Made by a program: the position numbers and the translations under genes. Positions 26,570 to 39,934 of a stretch of 64,000 nt of DNA are shown one piece after another (within the stretch, counting starts at the first letter, position 1; each line of letters opens with the position of its first letter). The notes below the pieces were generated by a model. The model did not search any database. It saw nothing but the letters and a program-made list of their open reading frames with translations, and was not told the origin of the DNA. Origin of the DNA: Rhina ancylostomus. Taxonomy: Eukaryota. The stretch lies in NCBI GenBank assembly GCA_030265395.1, contig JARFYF010000094.1, positions 65,871,653-65,935,652 of the forward strand. Direction: 5' to 3'.

Positions 26570-29500
26570 ATAGAAAGCACGGATAATGAAACATCTTTGG
26601 AGATGCACAACATAATACAATTATATGTAATATATTCTAATAGTTACATTTAATATATTCAATTTTGAAGACCAATTTCATGACATTCCAAGTTAACCAA
26701 CTAAATTACATTAATTATGAACATAAATGGTCACACAAGCATAGTAAATATATCAGGAAATAACATGTCTTAATCAACAAATTGTCCTTTATTTTTCCAA
26801 GAACATTCTTGGGCCAATTATTTGTAGAATGTTTCAGTCCCACTGTCTTCAGACGCTTCTTGAAATCTATACTATATCACCACCATCTCCAAATTTCACA
26901 TCACTTGGTAAGACAAGGACAGCAGGTTCATTGAAATATTAAACTGCAAGTTCCCTTCCAAGTCACATACTAGTCTGAACTGGATTGCTGTTCTTTCACT
27001 TGGCAGGGCTGAGATCCAGGAACTCCTCATTTTCAGAGTAGCTTCTCAAAGAACTATGGTTGTGGTTGTCCAATTGGGGATCTACTGTAATTGCTTGTCT
27101 TTTTAGCCACATCCATATCCAAGTGTAAAAACATGCTTTTAATTTGACAAAAAATGACTACAAAAAAATCTAGATATTACTGAAACCAATCCACAACCCA
27201 CACAGAAACTTGACTGCAAGAAATTATGTCCTTAAAATTTGCCACCAATGCAGTATAAATTAAGTAACATTAAATTTTCATTGACATACCTCTATTGACA
27301 CAATACAAATCCACATATGATAAGGTAGAATAAGGGGTCAACAACATACAAAATCATTGTTCTGAGGTTTATTTCAATCACGGATACCACATTCTCTCAC
27401 AGAAATGCATAAATCAACATTTTCAAGTAAGATCACTGGACAACAACCTGAATTAGAAATTCAAGCTGATATTTTTCCCCTTCACAGAAGTACCAACAAA
27501 TTCTACTCCACCATCTCCTCTCCCACCTTCCCCCTGTACTCTTGCCTTTACAGCTCAGTACTAAAAGATCCTTGGGAGGTCAATGAAGAGAGAATAGAAC
27601 TTCAGATGACCATCATCACAATTAGAATACATTTCAACTCTAAAATGTTGCTCAAGGTTTTTAATTACACTACCAAATGGCACAGCCGACATGCCATTTA
27701 AAATTCTAACACTCCTTTTCCATACATATTTATCCCTTTTTATTGCATACTTTCTTCCAATTCCCAAATGGTAGAATCTGCAAAAAGGTACCAATGATCT
27801 GACAGTTTATTTCAGTTTTGAAAGCCATTAAAAAAATTGAAGGAACCCTTTAATTTTGATTACTAGCACGAAAGATTAAATTCAATGATCACTACCTTGA
27901 AAAGGAAGTTCAATATCCAGGTTTTATGGTACAGAAAAATGCAGTGAACTCAGCCCATGAACATATTTCATCATAGATAATTTTAGCACAAGATGAGTAC
28001 ATAAAATGCAAACATTTGGAAATTGATCAGCCCAAGTGCCTAAGAGAAAATAAATAACAAGGACAGAGTGAGCTTATCCCTGATCCACACATTTTGAAAG
28101 TGACCTATGATCTACTAATCTGACTCAACAAACTGAAGAGCCTTTGCTCTCAATCTTTGCTGGGATTGCCAAAGTTGATAAAATATAAAGTAGCAGAAAT
28201 TATCCAAGAGTCAACAGAACATAAATTAGAAGATATTAGATGTCTGAATGAACAACAGGACACAAAATAACTTCAACATATCTAATCATACCTAGATTCC
28301 TAATAAACTTCAAAAATCTGCATTGCAATAACAGCCAATCCCACTTCAAACCAAAACCAGAAATTAAAATTTGGGCTTTCACATTCATTGTCTTGCACAA
28401 GAAATACTTTTACCCACTGAGCCAACAGGTAATGAAAATGATTTGGGGGCATTTGTTGTCTGTGTTAGAGTAATATTGCAAAACATTCTCTTAAAAAAAA
28501 CTCATTTAAAATCTTCCAAGTGATTCTTTTTAACTAAAATTTTCAGTTACATACATAACCAAATCCAAATACTTCTATCATTTTGCATTTAAAAATATTC
28601 ATTACTTTGAAATTTATATAGATATCAGATAGTAAATTTGAGCAGAAAACTGTTGATTAGTGAAATTAAAATCAAATGTTGAATCTGAATTAAGAGATTT
28701 CTTCATTCTTAATTGTACTCAATATTTTTTTGCCAGTTCTTCCCCGGCCAGCCCCACCTAATTTTATTTGACTGATGATTTTCCACAGAAGCTACAGACC
28801 ATTCATTCCTAAACTACAATATTTTTAGATCAGAATATTTTTGAACAATTTACAATTTCATAGTGCTATGAATACGTAAGTGGAGGTTTTGAAAGTAGAC
28901 AAAACCTTTCAACAAAAAGCAACCAGAATGCACATTATCAAACATTTCTATTTTACTGAGTGGATTATAGACATGAACCTTTCTTTTTTCTCTCCCCTAT
29001 TCAAATCTCACCATTTTTTTATTAAACTGGAGCCCATCAATTCTTCAAACATTTTCCTACAACTTTCATCATAATTCAATCACTGATGTCTAAAAATTAA
29101 GAAAGTATGCCAGCTATGCTTTATATGACTCTTAAGTGAACAGACTGAAACAATATCAAAGATACTAAAAGCTATATTTATTCACTGGTACAGGTTTCCC
29201 ACAAATATGGATACTTACATCTTTCTGCAACAAAATTATTAGACCAAGACAATGTTTCAATGTTAAACAATGATAAAAATCCTAAAGTTTTTTTGTCTAT
29301 CCTCAGGTTCTGTTTAATGTATTTAAAACGAAGTATTCTTTATTTCTTATAGTTGAGTAATAGCTTTGAACTTTGCACAAGCAATTTATACTATATGTAA
29401 ACAAAATACTGCTTGTTAAAAATCTCCAGTGTGGGGGAGGGAAGCACAGTATCTGGAATTTTTCGTATGTCTGCTTCCTTTAAATAAATTAGTCTAAGAA

Positions 29501-30739
29501 CTTTAAGTGAATATCATATTCAAAATCTTGATAAGAACTTTAAAATCTGTTTCAGTTTAACGGAACGGACTAAGTGCCAAAATATTCCAATGCTAAAACA
29601 GGACCACCTGACAAATACGCAGTCTGTTCAATTGGTCAGGTTGTGTTAAATAGTTTATTAAGTCAATGAACAAACATGGTTCAAAAATACTATACAAAAT
29701 CATAATGCAGAGATTTCAATCAACTTGGACTGATGCCCAAAAATGAGACCTGTTTGAGCATATTAAGAGTGAATGTATTATTCACTTTCATAATCAATGT
29801 GGTTTATCTCCCTACACATTGTGACAAACATGACGACAAAGGTTATACCTTTTGAGGAAGCTTAGAACATAAAATTGCTAAAATTTGTACATGGCAACTT
29901 TTGTCATTTTAGTTTGCATTTATTGGCTGTGGGGAGAGGCGGAGGGGAATGGTAGGGTGGAGATAACAATATTTCACCAATTTAAGACATCTTCTACAGA
30001 GCAACATATGGTACACATATAAATAAGTAAAATATAAGAAACAGTAATGTTAATCTACACAAGTCTAAATTTTCTATTACTGTTTACACTCTCATTGCAA
30101 ATAATCAGTTACATGTCAGGAGTAGGCAAGTTCAACAAGAATTTAAAAAGCTATTAGTCTGATGTGCAACTCAGACCAACTCCTTGTACTTCGATCAATG
30201 CTTATCTACAAGATGAATTTAAAAAATACAAAGATGCAATAGAGTATTTGCTCCTTGTAATGTGATCACTTTTATGCCAGGCCACATATCAGAGCTCCCC
30301 AGGTCAAGAATAACCCAATTTATGGGAATCCAGCATTATACAAATTCTCCCATAATTTTTTTAAACATTTTTTAAGCTAATAACAAAACTAAAATGCTCC
30401 ATGTATTCATGAATGACTGGATACAGTATATATTCCATTAGTTTAATTAAAATGTAGTGTTAGGGTGATTATTCAATGAAATGAAAATATAGCAAGTGTA
30501 TGTAAAGTGATACAATATGGGTAGCTTTTCAAAACGGATGTTTCTGATTTACATAGAGAGAGTTCTTGGAAAAGGAATCCTTGCATAACCCAGGGACTAC
30601 TTGTACCAACTTCCCATAGCCTAGAGACCACTCTCCAAAATAGATGAAGAAATTTACCACAGTCTTCAGTCCAACAACACAGAAGTTAGCCACATTAAAG
30701 AAAAGTGTTTGAACATTAAGACCTCAAACCCAACATGAA

Positions 30740-31250
30740 AATCCTGATCTACCAGACAGCACTCATTTAAGCTTTGAGACAAGATAGCCTGCAGGAAGCA
30801 TTTCAATGTACTGGAAAGACACTACCAACACCATCTTCACAAAATCCTCAAAATTCATTAATGATGTTCTCTCCCAGGCCAACATGCCAAAACCAAGGAT
30901 CTAATTAGACTCAATCAGCTTCAATAGGCAGGCCATGTCATTTGCATGCCCAAAACCAGACTCCTGGAGCTCTAGTCCAAGCTCCATTAGATTACCAGAT
31001 GCAGAGAGGAAAATATTCAAGGATGTTCTCAAAGCCTCTTTTGAGAATGGAGTCAGTGCTTCAGGATCACAGAAAAGCCTAGTGTAAATACTGGAAGGAA
31101 TGCACCAACTCCTATACTACCCACCTACTCTGCCAAGCATTGCCTGACCTACCTATGGCAGAGTCTGCAAATCCCAAATCAGCCACTTCATAACCCATAA
31201 AACTGGAGTGAAAGCAAGTAATCTTCACTCCTAACAGAATGCCCTGGAGA
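30740..31250 (+). mobile_element. RTE-clade LINE 3' fragment
   Basis: caatcagcttcaataggcaggccatgtcatttgcatgcccaaaaccagactc (QL.WAGHV..MP.TRL-like) and ttcaaggatgttctcaaagcctc; same family as 6720-7400. Confidence 0.7.
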
Positions 31251-31379
31251 AGATTCATATAATTATTCATCCACCATTAATTGTATCAGACAACTCAGTT
31301 CTTTCTTTAATCCACCCATACAATTGTTTGGTTATCTATTGTAAGGCATTGTCATATATCTCTTCATAACATAAAACAC

Positions 31380-31515
31380 CAGAAAAAAGAGATCAGACAA
31401 CATCTGTGGGAGAAACAGAGTTAACGTTTCAGGTTCATGATTTGAGGTTAATTGTTTCTCCCTTTACAAATGCTGCCTGACCTGTCGAGTATATCCAGCA
31501 ACTTTTTGTTTTTCT
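31380..31515. mobile_element. Fold-back Penelope-terminus element
   Basis: catctgtgggagaaacagagttaacgtttcagg ... ttaattgtttctccctttacaaatgctgcctgacctgtcgagtatatccagca: inverted arms around the GTTAACGTTTC hammerhead remnant. Confidence 0.7.
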
Positions 31516-34500
31516 TTATTCTTCACAATGGTTGGAGACCATAACTGGGTGGAGTGGGAGATCTAGTTTGAAACACTAAATTTAGCAAGTTAAACATATT
31601 TTAAAAAATAGTGTACATTATTTTAGCTAATGCTGAGTAACTACTTAGGTAATTCTGGTTTATGTTAAACAATCCAGATTTTCATTGCAAAACTATGTAA
31701 AAATTAATCTCCAACATTTAGATTTCTTCAAAGTATTCACAAGCAGAAGTGCAATCCAGACTGCCTACAGCATCTTTCCATACAAGTTGGTTGATTTGCA
31801 CTTCTAGCATTTTTTTCTAAATCATTCCAAGCATATCAACGAAAAACATACTAACATTTAAAAGGAACTTGACATCATGATACGACTGTGGTAACCTGCC
31901 TTATATGACATATTGGTTACTCATCTTACAACACAGACCCTCTCACAACGATGGAAACAATCAGAAGTGACAATGACTGGAAAACTGCTAAAGGAGAACT
32001 ATACCTGCGCAGGTGAACCAATGCACAAGAGTGCTTTGTACAACTGTGCCAACTTTGAAATCATGAATTACAGTTGTGTTATGAGAATAACAACAGTAAC
32101 AAGGTACTGATACTTTGCATCAGTAAACAAAATAGACCGCTACTTTTAAAACCTTCATCAGTATACACCCCAAAATTATATGAATCACAATAATTAAAAC
32201 ATACATGTAACAGTTAATTCATGAAGTTTATATGATTACAAACAAAAATTTGCATTAGTAACTATGACTGCAAAAATCCATGCCCTTTTCAACTCTTGGC
32301 ATTAGTAAAATATACTGACCTCAAGGAAAATAAAGTCAAACAATAAATTAAATTAAAGCCATGTTTCCTGAAGCCACACTAATTAATGATCATAACCACG
32401 TTTCAAAAGCACATCTATAACAAAAGTGTAAACAATGACCTGAAAATCCACAATCTGGATTTATATCCTAATACCTCATTTTTACAAATCAGTCCAAAAC
32501 AACACTGTTTTCAAGGCATAACCAATTCCAAATGACAGAAGTTATAACCTCCACTGAATACAATAGGAAGAAACCACCAATAACACAAAGAGGTGTTGAA
32601 CTATCAGTCAAATAATTTGTATCGAATTTTGGCACAAATCATATTTTCCACCGACCTCATCCAGGACTTCCCCCCCATGTTCACTTGGGGATTTTGGTCC
32701 ACACCAAACAACTCATTTATCAATTATTTTAATCACCCAAAGACATGAAGAATATATAGTTATACCAGAAGGTAAGTCAAGATTTCCTCCTGCAACAGAG
32801 GTATTAGAGATACTCGAGTTTGCTTCACCTGGCATCAGTCACAATGTAGGATTTGTTGGGTTCGGTAATATTTCATACAATAATGTCACCCTGACTTAAC
32901 TTTCATTTACAAAGAGAAGATATTCCTTTCGTCTCTATAGAAAGGCTCAAAGAATAAACATCTTGTGGCCATTTACACCAAGAAAGAAATTTGTGAAAAC
33001 TTTCATAAATGCTTCCTACTTAAGGGCAGTCAGTTAGCAGCAATTCAGTTGTATCTCAGCACAGGCTTCTTTCCTATAATTGCCGAATCAATTGGAGAGA
33101 TCAATCATGTTGCACTGCCATATCAATAGCAAATTTGTTTGTATGCTCCTATCAGCAATATGGTGTACTCAAAGTTATCAGACACCACCATTCTATAATT
33201 CGAATGCATAGGTTTAGTTAACTATCTAAAAGAACTGGTGTGTTAAGTTATTTAAAAGAAATCATACAAGATCTGTTGTAGGGTACCACCTACCACAGGA
33301 AATTTAAGTTTACTTGCAATACCAATTCATTTTCACGTTACTTGTTGAGTATTGAGAAAAACTCCATAAATTTGAACATTATCCAAAAGACATTCTTATT
33401 TAGCAAAGAGCACTTGTGACAAGATTTGTCACTTACAATTATGAACAATACAGAAGACAATAAACTGAACAGTATCAACACTTTTACAAAATATATATAC
33501 CTAAAATAAATACTTATTTTGTCCATGACTCAACTACGATAAACAGATTTTATCCACATCAAACATAGGTTTTAAGCAAAAGCACAACATCTAGTTATTC
33601 TGTCCAGGTTCCCATATTTCTGGATAGATTTTCCCCAATGGGGCTTAAAGAATGGAACAAGGAGTGAATTCAGGCTCATAATAACCAAACCTGATTATAT
33701 CCAGCAAACACTTTTCAAAAATCAAAATTAGTTCCAAACATATTTATACTCAGTTCTCATTTTTTTCCTTCTACCATTTTGGTTTTAAACAAAATAAAAG
33801 TGCCAAGCAGTTAGTATATTAAATATACCTGACGTAACCTGCTGTGTCCCTGTTGCACAAAGTGACAGTAAAAGCAAATTCTTGACTTATCCCAACATTA
33901 CCTGCTTTGGTTTAACTCATCGTACCCAAGTTCACAGTTTTCATTTCAATACTCAACAAGTTGCAAGTAAGCATATTTCCGAATGTATTCCAAACAAAAT
34001 AAGCCCATTTTTCATTAATTCCTTCTAATTTTTCCCACAGTGGCTTAACACAGTCTTAAATGTATACATTCAAATCTTTCATAAAATCATACATGCATTT
34101 GCAAAATTATATTGATGCTATATAAACTATTATAGAACTTGCATTGAAACTTGTTTCCACTCTTCAAAACATAAAATTCAAGTATTTTCAGTTTGTAAAC
34201 TCTATTTTACTTGGAATTAACTTGTGTTGTGAATTATTTCCTTTCACTTAGCATTACCAAAGGTTGTTTCACCACTTATGTTCACATTTCCCACATCCAA
34301 GGATTTACTTCAACTGTAAAGACACACCTTATATTTCAATACATTCATATTTACCATATCCAAGGTTGATTTAATATAAAGACACACCTCAATTTCATGG
34401 TTTGACAATTCCAAAGGCTGACAACTTATTGCACTTTAGCCAGACGTTTCAAGTAACCCAAATCATTATTAAACCATAGAACCAGCGCCTATTGTAAACA

Positions 34501-35438
34501 AGTCTTTCTACGTTTTTACAACGGAGAAAGTAGCTTTTAAAATATAGCAGGTTAACATGTAACACCTCAACACCATTAAGAAAGCAATCATTTATTTAAA
34601 AGAAGTGAAATTTCACCCATCCCCCATCTGAAATAATACACATTTGATAAGATTTTTTTCTCTCTTATACTTGTAAAACTGGCTGCCGGGCAGATGGATT
34701 GGTGAGAATAACCAAGAACAGTCATCAGCATGTCGTCACCTGACTCCAGTCAGAATAGTGTAATAACAAAAAAAAATCGTGAGACCAAATACCGAAGACT
34801 ACAAACCGGTTTTCCTATTTACTAAATTGGATCTACTTTCCAATGTATCAAAATTCAGCAAGTATTATTTTGTTTGCAATCAATCTCTCCATCAAACAAA
34901 AATAACGAAGCGAGAGAAAAACACACACTCCAGCTTCCTACTCAGGCTTGCCTTTTGTATCCCTGCACGTCCTTCGTCTGCTTGGCAATTAAACAACATT
35001 TGTATTTTAGCCTTTTTTATATGTACGTACAATGAAGTGACGCGAAAACGTTCAAAACCTGCATATCACTGAAAATAAAACTTTCAAATAAATTTCGCCA
35101 CTTCACCACAGAAAGCAGTTAAAAATAAACACAGAATAAACAAGGAAAAGAAAGTCTTTTTAAAAGATGTGAACTCGAACTGTAGCCACATTTCCCGCTC
35201 CCCTCCCCCAAACACACACACTGTCCGAGCCCCGTCCTCCATCTTAGATCCGCACTTCGCTCGCCTTTTTCCACTTAAAAAAAAGATTAAAAGTTCAAAA
35301 ATACTAACCGTCCCTGCCCATTTTGGAACCGTTTTTCCCTTCCCGTTCGACGTCGTAAGAAAATATCGAGTTTGAAAATTGATTAAATTAAAAACGGGAA
35401 TAGTTAACACCGCGTCTTCACAGGACGAACAATCCTAA

Positions 35439-35455
35439 GCCGCCATCTGGTGGCA
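35439..35455 (-). promoter_or_regulatory. CTCF motif
   Basis: Minus strand TGCCACCAGATGGCGGC, close to the consensus CCASYAGRKGGC. Confidence 0.75.
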
Positions 35456-35496
35456 TTTTCCACAATCGAATGGCGCAATGCAAATCCAGACAAAGA

Positions 35497-35513
35497 TTGC
35501 CCTCTGGCGGCCA
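35497..35513 (-). promoter_or_regulatory. CTCF motif
   Basis: Minus strand TGGCCGCCAGAGGGCAA. Confidence 0.7.
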
Positions 35514-35901
35514 CCATCCGCTGCCTGGCTCGTGCCCGCGCACGAGCCGTCGTGGCTGCTCTACCGCGGCTGCGCGCCCCGAGGCGGCGTAGTGTGTAGG
35601 TTGTGTTGAGGTTGTGACGGAGAGGGGCGGGGGAGCTGGCGGCACGCACGCGCTTTTCCTTCCTACCGCGCGCGCAGCACGTCGAACAATGGCGTGCGCC
35701 CTCACGTCAGAGCCGAGAGGGGAGGAGGTGGGGCGCCGCTGGTTGTCAGGCTGGGGGGGGGGGGTGGTGCGGGCTGGTTGAGCGATCAATAGTAAATTAA
35801 TGTCGGTGCTTGCACAAAGTTTGATGGCCAAGAGCTGTGTTTAGCCAGCCGTTGAGGGGTGCTTTCGAGGGTTTTTCTTTTGTTAATGTTGTGGAATATC
35901 T

Positions 35902-35918
35902 CAGCCCTCTGTTGGTCA
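35902..35918 (-). promoter_or_regulatory. CTCF-like motif
   Basis: Minus strand TGACCAACAGAGGGCTG. Confidence 0.5.
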
Positions 35919-36529
35919 GCGTTAGTGAAGTGAGCGACAGGCAGAGGTCGTGTAATGGCGGCTGCACAAAGGTGGATTAGGAGGGCGAGTCTCGGCTACT
36001 CGCCTGTGGTGTGCCTCCCGATAATGGCAGCAAGCTTTCCCCACCACAGCCCATTCGAGGAAACGGCATGCAAAATGCATTGAAACCGCTACTGTTTTTA
36101 TTTTCCCCTTGTAGTGATGAGGAAGCCATTTTGATGCTCTCAGCAATTCGTGTGGACGTCTGAGGTCTCCTCCCCCCGCCAACTGCTGGGCTACGAAAGA
36201 AAACAAAACTCATTATCTCTTGAAATCTTTCATGGGAAAGCACTCACACCGCCTTCGATTGGGGATATTGTCAAAGAAGGGAAGGAATAGGATTGTGCCT
36301 GCCATCATGTGCGGATAGGCGAATGGAGAGGAGTAATTCAAACATGTTCAATTTAAGTCTATTTGAATTTCATAGAATACTTAGGTCAGATAATTTTCTC
36401 TGAAATAGTTGAAGATCTCTTCACTCGGACTGAATGTCTTGCTAATGATTCAACAATTATTATTGGGTAAATAATGCCACCACATTGAGAATTTCCCTGC
36501 TTGATTGATACAAGAGATTCAAATGATCG

Positions 36530-37035
36530 GAATAAAATAGAAAATGTTTGAAATGTTCAGCAGCTATAGCAGCACTGTGGAGAGATATACAGAGTTAACG
36601 TTTCAGGTCAGTTATCTGTTATCACAACACATCTCAGTTGGTGTCTCTCAACCCAATGATTACACTGAGAATCTGTTGAAATTATTTTTGCACGTTTGCA
36701 AATGTGTTCTGCCACGACTAATCCAACAGCTGAATCTGGTGGATGCAAGAGTTTGAATTTCTGGACATCGCAGAAATCAAACGAGTGATCCGTATTCTTG
36801 AACTAAAGCATCACAGTGGAGTTCAAATTTGTAAAAAAGACAAATAAAAAAAGGAAAACACTACAGATGAGGAAAACTGAAATAAAAACATGTTTCAAGT
36901 CTTGCTGTATCTGGAGAAAGAAATAGTCAACATTTCAATCAAGTGTTTAGGTTTTAGTGAGAGGGAATTATTTGCTCTGTTGCTCTACACAGATGCACTG
37001 ATCATCTGAATGTATTTAATATTTTCTGTTTTTCT
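36530..37035. mobile_element. Two adjacent decayed Penelope-terminus elements (36530-36650 and 36855-37035)
   Basis: aaaatgtttgaaatgttcagcagc...acagagttaacgtttcaggtc, and gtatctggagaaagaaatagtcaacatttc...ctctacacagatgcac. Confidence 0.6.
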
Positions 37036-38149
37036 TTCTAAAAAGGAAGCCATAAATAAGACCACAGAGCTCAGGATGGTTGATCTGAATGATAATGGAG
37101 AGGAGCTATCTTTTTGGTGTTAATGCTCTTCAAAGATGATGCCTTTTTGTACCATTTGATCCAAATTATCCTTATTGTAACCTAAGAAAGAGATCACAAA
37201 AGACTTTGATCCATGGTGCTGGGGACATCCTATCTTATAAGGCATTTTATATTAATGACCTACCAAAAAAGAACACTGTATTGAAAATGTAACATGCAAT
37301 CTCGGGATTAAATATCAACAATAACATGAATCATAGAGATTTTTTGAACTGACACATACTGCACTGTATTCCAAGCATTACATATTCTCTTTGTAGCACT
37401 CTATGAGGTTAGCTATTGGATTAGTCTGAAAACAGTCCTTTTACGTCTAGTCTGGGCTTAAATTTGGGTATGATGAAAAGAAGGCAGTGTGGATATTAAT
37501 AGTGCATTTTTGATTTGGTTCTCATTGGAAGCAAGCAGATACCTACCCAGAATTGCAAAATATTGTAGCTTCACTTAACAGCCAAAATAATTGCTGATTT
37601 TGGAAGAGGAAATATTCACAATTCCCTATTAGTTTATACATCTGTTGACTGATGTGAACTTCATCAATGTGGTTCAAGAGGTGGGAACAAGTTTAAAGGA
37701 GAAAGAATCAAGATTTTCATTCTTTATTGATATCCTAGTTACCTTTTGCAAGAGACAAAATGAAAATACATCATTTGATTGCCCCTTTGATTGCCTATTG
37801 TACCAATAAGGATCAACTTGGTACATTTGCAATGTGTGGTGATCATTGTAGATAATGTGCTCAAATATTGGAGTGAATCTAATCCCATAAAATGCAGTTT
37901 CAAAATTGCACCAAATGGAATTAGCTGTATTTGATAGAACATTTACTTTCAACAAGAGAAAAAAATGACATAGGTGTAATGCTTGAACCCAATATGAATG
38001 ATTAGACAGCAGTACGAATGCTTCCTTTTCTGACAGTGGAGTTCTCTGGGTGAAAATGGCAAATATCATGAGTTAATTATAGTTAGTCTGACAACTGTAG
38101 ACCAACACTCATTTGATTGAAATATGGAAAAATGATCAGTGCAGGGACT

Positions 38150-38985
38150 TCATAGTCAGCATAGAGAAGAAAGTAAAGTAGGGAAATTGCTGGAATCCAT
38201 TATCAAAGAAGTGGTAACGGGGACTTAGAAAATAATAATCGGATTTGGGCAAGTAAGCATGGATTTATGAAAGTGAGATCTGTTGAGGGAGTTTTTTTTG
38301 AGGATGTAACAAGCAAAATAGATAAGGGGTGTATATTTGAACTTCAGGCAGCCTCTCGATAAACATAAGAACCAAATTATAGAGTGGGAGTAGGCCATCT
38401 AGTCCTTCAAACCTATTCTTCATCAAGATCATGGCTAATCTTCCATCTCAGCACCATCTTCCTGCACGACCCCAATATTCCTCAATTCCTTTAATACCCA
38501 GAACTCCATCAATCAATAAGGGTGGAGTTGAACTGGTACTGGAGGGCTGGTTGCTTCACCCTGAGTGGGACACTTTTGGCTACACTTGCTAAACTCCCTT
38601 TGCCCTCAAACTGGGCCACCAAGATATCTCCCCTCTGACTTGAGCTGAAAAGATATTTCTCCATTCAGGGGATAAAGAGGATATAAAATTATATACCTGA
38701 GTGGGATGTGGAGGGTTAATCACTCAGTCTATTAAAGACCATTGAATCTTTGCATAATATATNNNNNNNNNNNNNNNNNNNNNNNNNNNNNNNNNNNNNN
38801 NNNNNNNNNNNNNNNNNNNNNNNNNNNNNNNNNNNNNNNNNNNNNNNNNNNNNNNNNNNNNNTAGGGAATCAAGGGGTATGGGGTAAGTGCAAGAAAACA
38901 ATGCTGAGGAAAAAGAACAGCTATTACTGAATGGAAGAACAGGTAGCAGGAGGCAAATGGCCTACTCCTGCTTCTCTTATGTTTT
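38150..38985. mobile_element. Cluster of CR1 fragments (+ ORF2 piece, - 3' tail at 38360-38510, + 3' tail across the gap)
   Basis: ttgctggaatccattatcaaagaag...catggatttatgaaag (LLESIIK...HGFMK); tails with aatggcctactcctgcttct. Confidence 0.7.
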
Positions 38986-39279
38986 GATTACTCGACCAGG
39001 AATTGGGGCACAGGCAGAGTTTGAAATTTGGAGACTGCATAAAATTTGCTAATGTAATAAAAATAACAAGAAGTTATATATTCCAAGAGCAGACAGAAGT
39101 GCTGATGGAATTGGCAGGAAAAATTCAATGAAGAAATTCTTGTGGTAAAATGTTTTAATAGAAAGAATGAACAGAAACATGCTAAATATTGCAATGTTAA
39201 AGTGGGTGTAAGCAGAAAGACGTGGGGTGTTTGCAGACAAACTTTTTTTGTAGGTGTCAGAACAGGCAACGTGGCAAAT

Positions 39280-39830
39280 GGGATGCCTCTGTAAATGGGG
39301 ACATTGTGCACAAGAGCTAAGAAGTTAGTTAAACCTGCATGTAAATGCTAAATTATTGGTACAATTCTGGGCTCAAAAGCTTTGGAATGATGTGAAGGTT
39401 ACAGAGAGGATGCAAAAAATTATGAAAATGATTCTAGAGGTGTGAAATTGCAATTATATGAATAGATTTTGGAAGCTGAGATGATTCTCTTTGGACGAGA
39501 GAAGTGCAAGAATATTTGATAGTGGTTAAAATTGTGATGGTTTTCACTTGCGTAACTTATGAGAAAATAGTTGTGGTGACTGACGAGTCAATAACCAGTG
39601 GGAGTAAATTTATGGTAATTGGCAAAAGAGCCATAAGCTGTATGAAGTTAAAAAAAATGCAATCAGTGCTTATAGTTATGCTGCCTAATAGGCAGATGGA
39701 TACAGATTAATTAGAGGAATTGGATAAATAATAAAACATTGCAGTGATATGAAGAAAGACTGCATTCTTCTTTAACATAGACAATGCAGACTCAATGGGC
39801 TAAATGTTCTTCTGGGCTAAACTATCCTGT
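39280..39830 (+). mobile_element. Old CR1 3' fragment
   Basis: gtacaattctgg...gagaggatgcaaaaaatt...gaagctgagatgattctctttgga...actcaatgggctaaatg. Confidence 0.65.
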
Positions 39831-39934
39831 AATGTTTTCAACATAGAAATATACTCTTCAAAATAATTACTCTATTAATCCAATTCCCCTCTTATTTCCC
39901 ACAGACCTGCATATTTAAGTCCTTCAGGTGTTCA

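Larger units (their letters stand above)
35309..35620 (-). other. Candidate first exon of an unidentified minus-strand gene or lncRNA
   Basis: Lies inside the CpG island and ends at the donor ACG|GTTAGT (GT at 35308-35307), followed by T-rich intron-like sequence; the 5' boundary is a guess. Confidence 0.45.
34900..36320. promoter_or_regulatory. CpG-island promoter (probably driving a minus-strand transcript, possibly bidirectional)
   Basis: The only CpG-dense, GC-rich, repeat-free segment in an otherwise CpG-depleted window; GC box ggggcgggg ~35624, TGACGTGA (minus) ~35702-35709, YY1-like taatggcggc ~35953. Confidence 0.9.

Noticed and set aside
29219-29224. 6-nt minus-strand microexon (ttgcag|AAAGAT|gtaagt), and a similar 26-nt candidate at 20933-20958
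   Set aside because: Splice-like signals of this kind are frequent by chance; no independent support.
36114-36163. C/D box snoRNA (GTGATGA...CTGA)
   Set aside because: Only about 50 nt between the boxes, with no terminal stem or recognisable guide.
35084-36243. ORFs in the CpG island (e.g. 108 aa and 137 aa on the minus strand)
   Set aside because: Expected by-product of high GC content; low-complexity Arg/Ala/Pro sequence with no recognisable protein.
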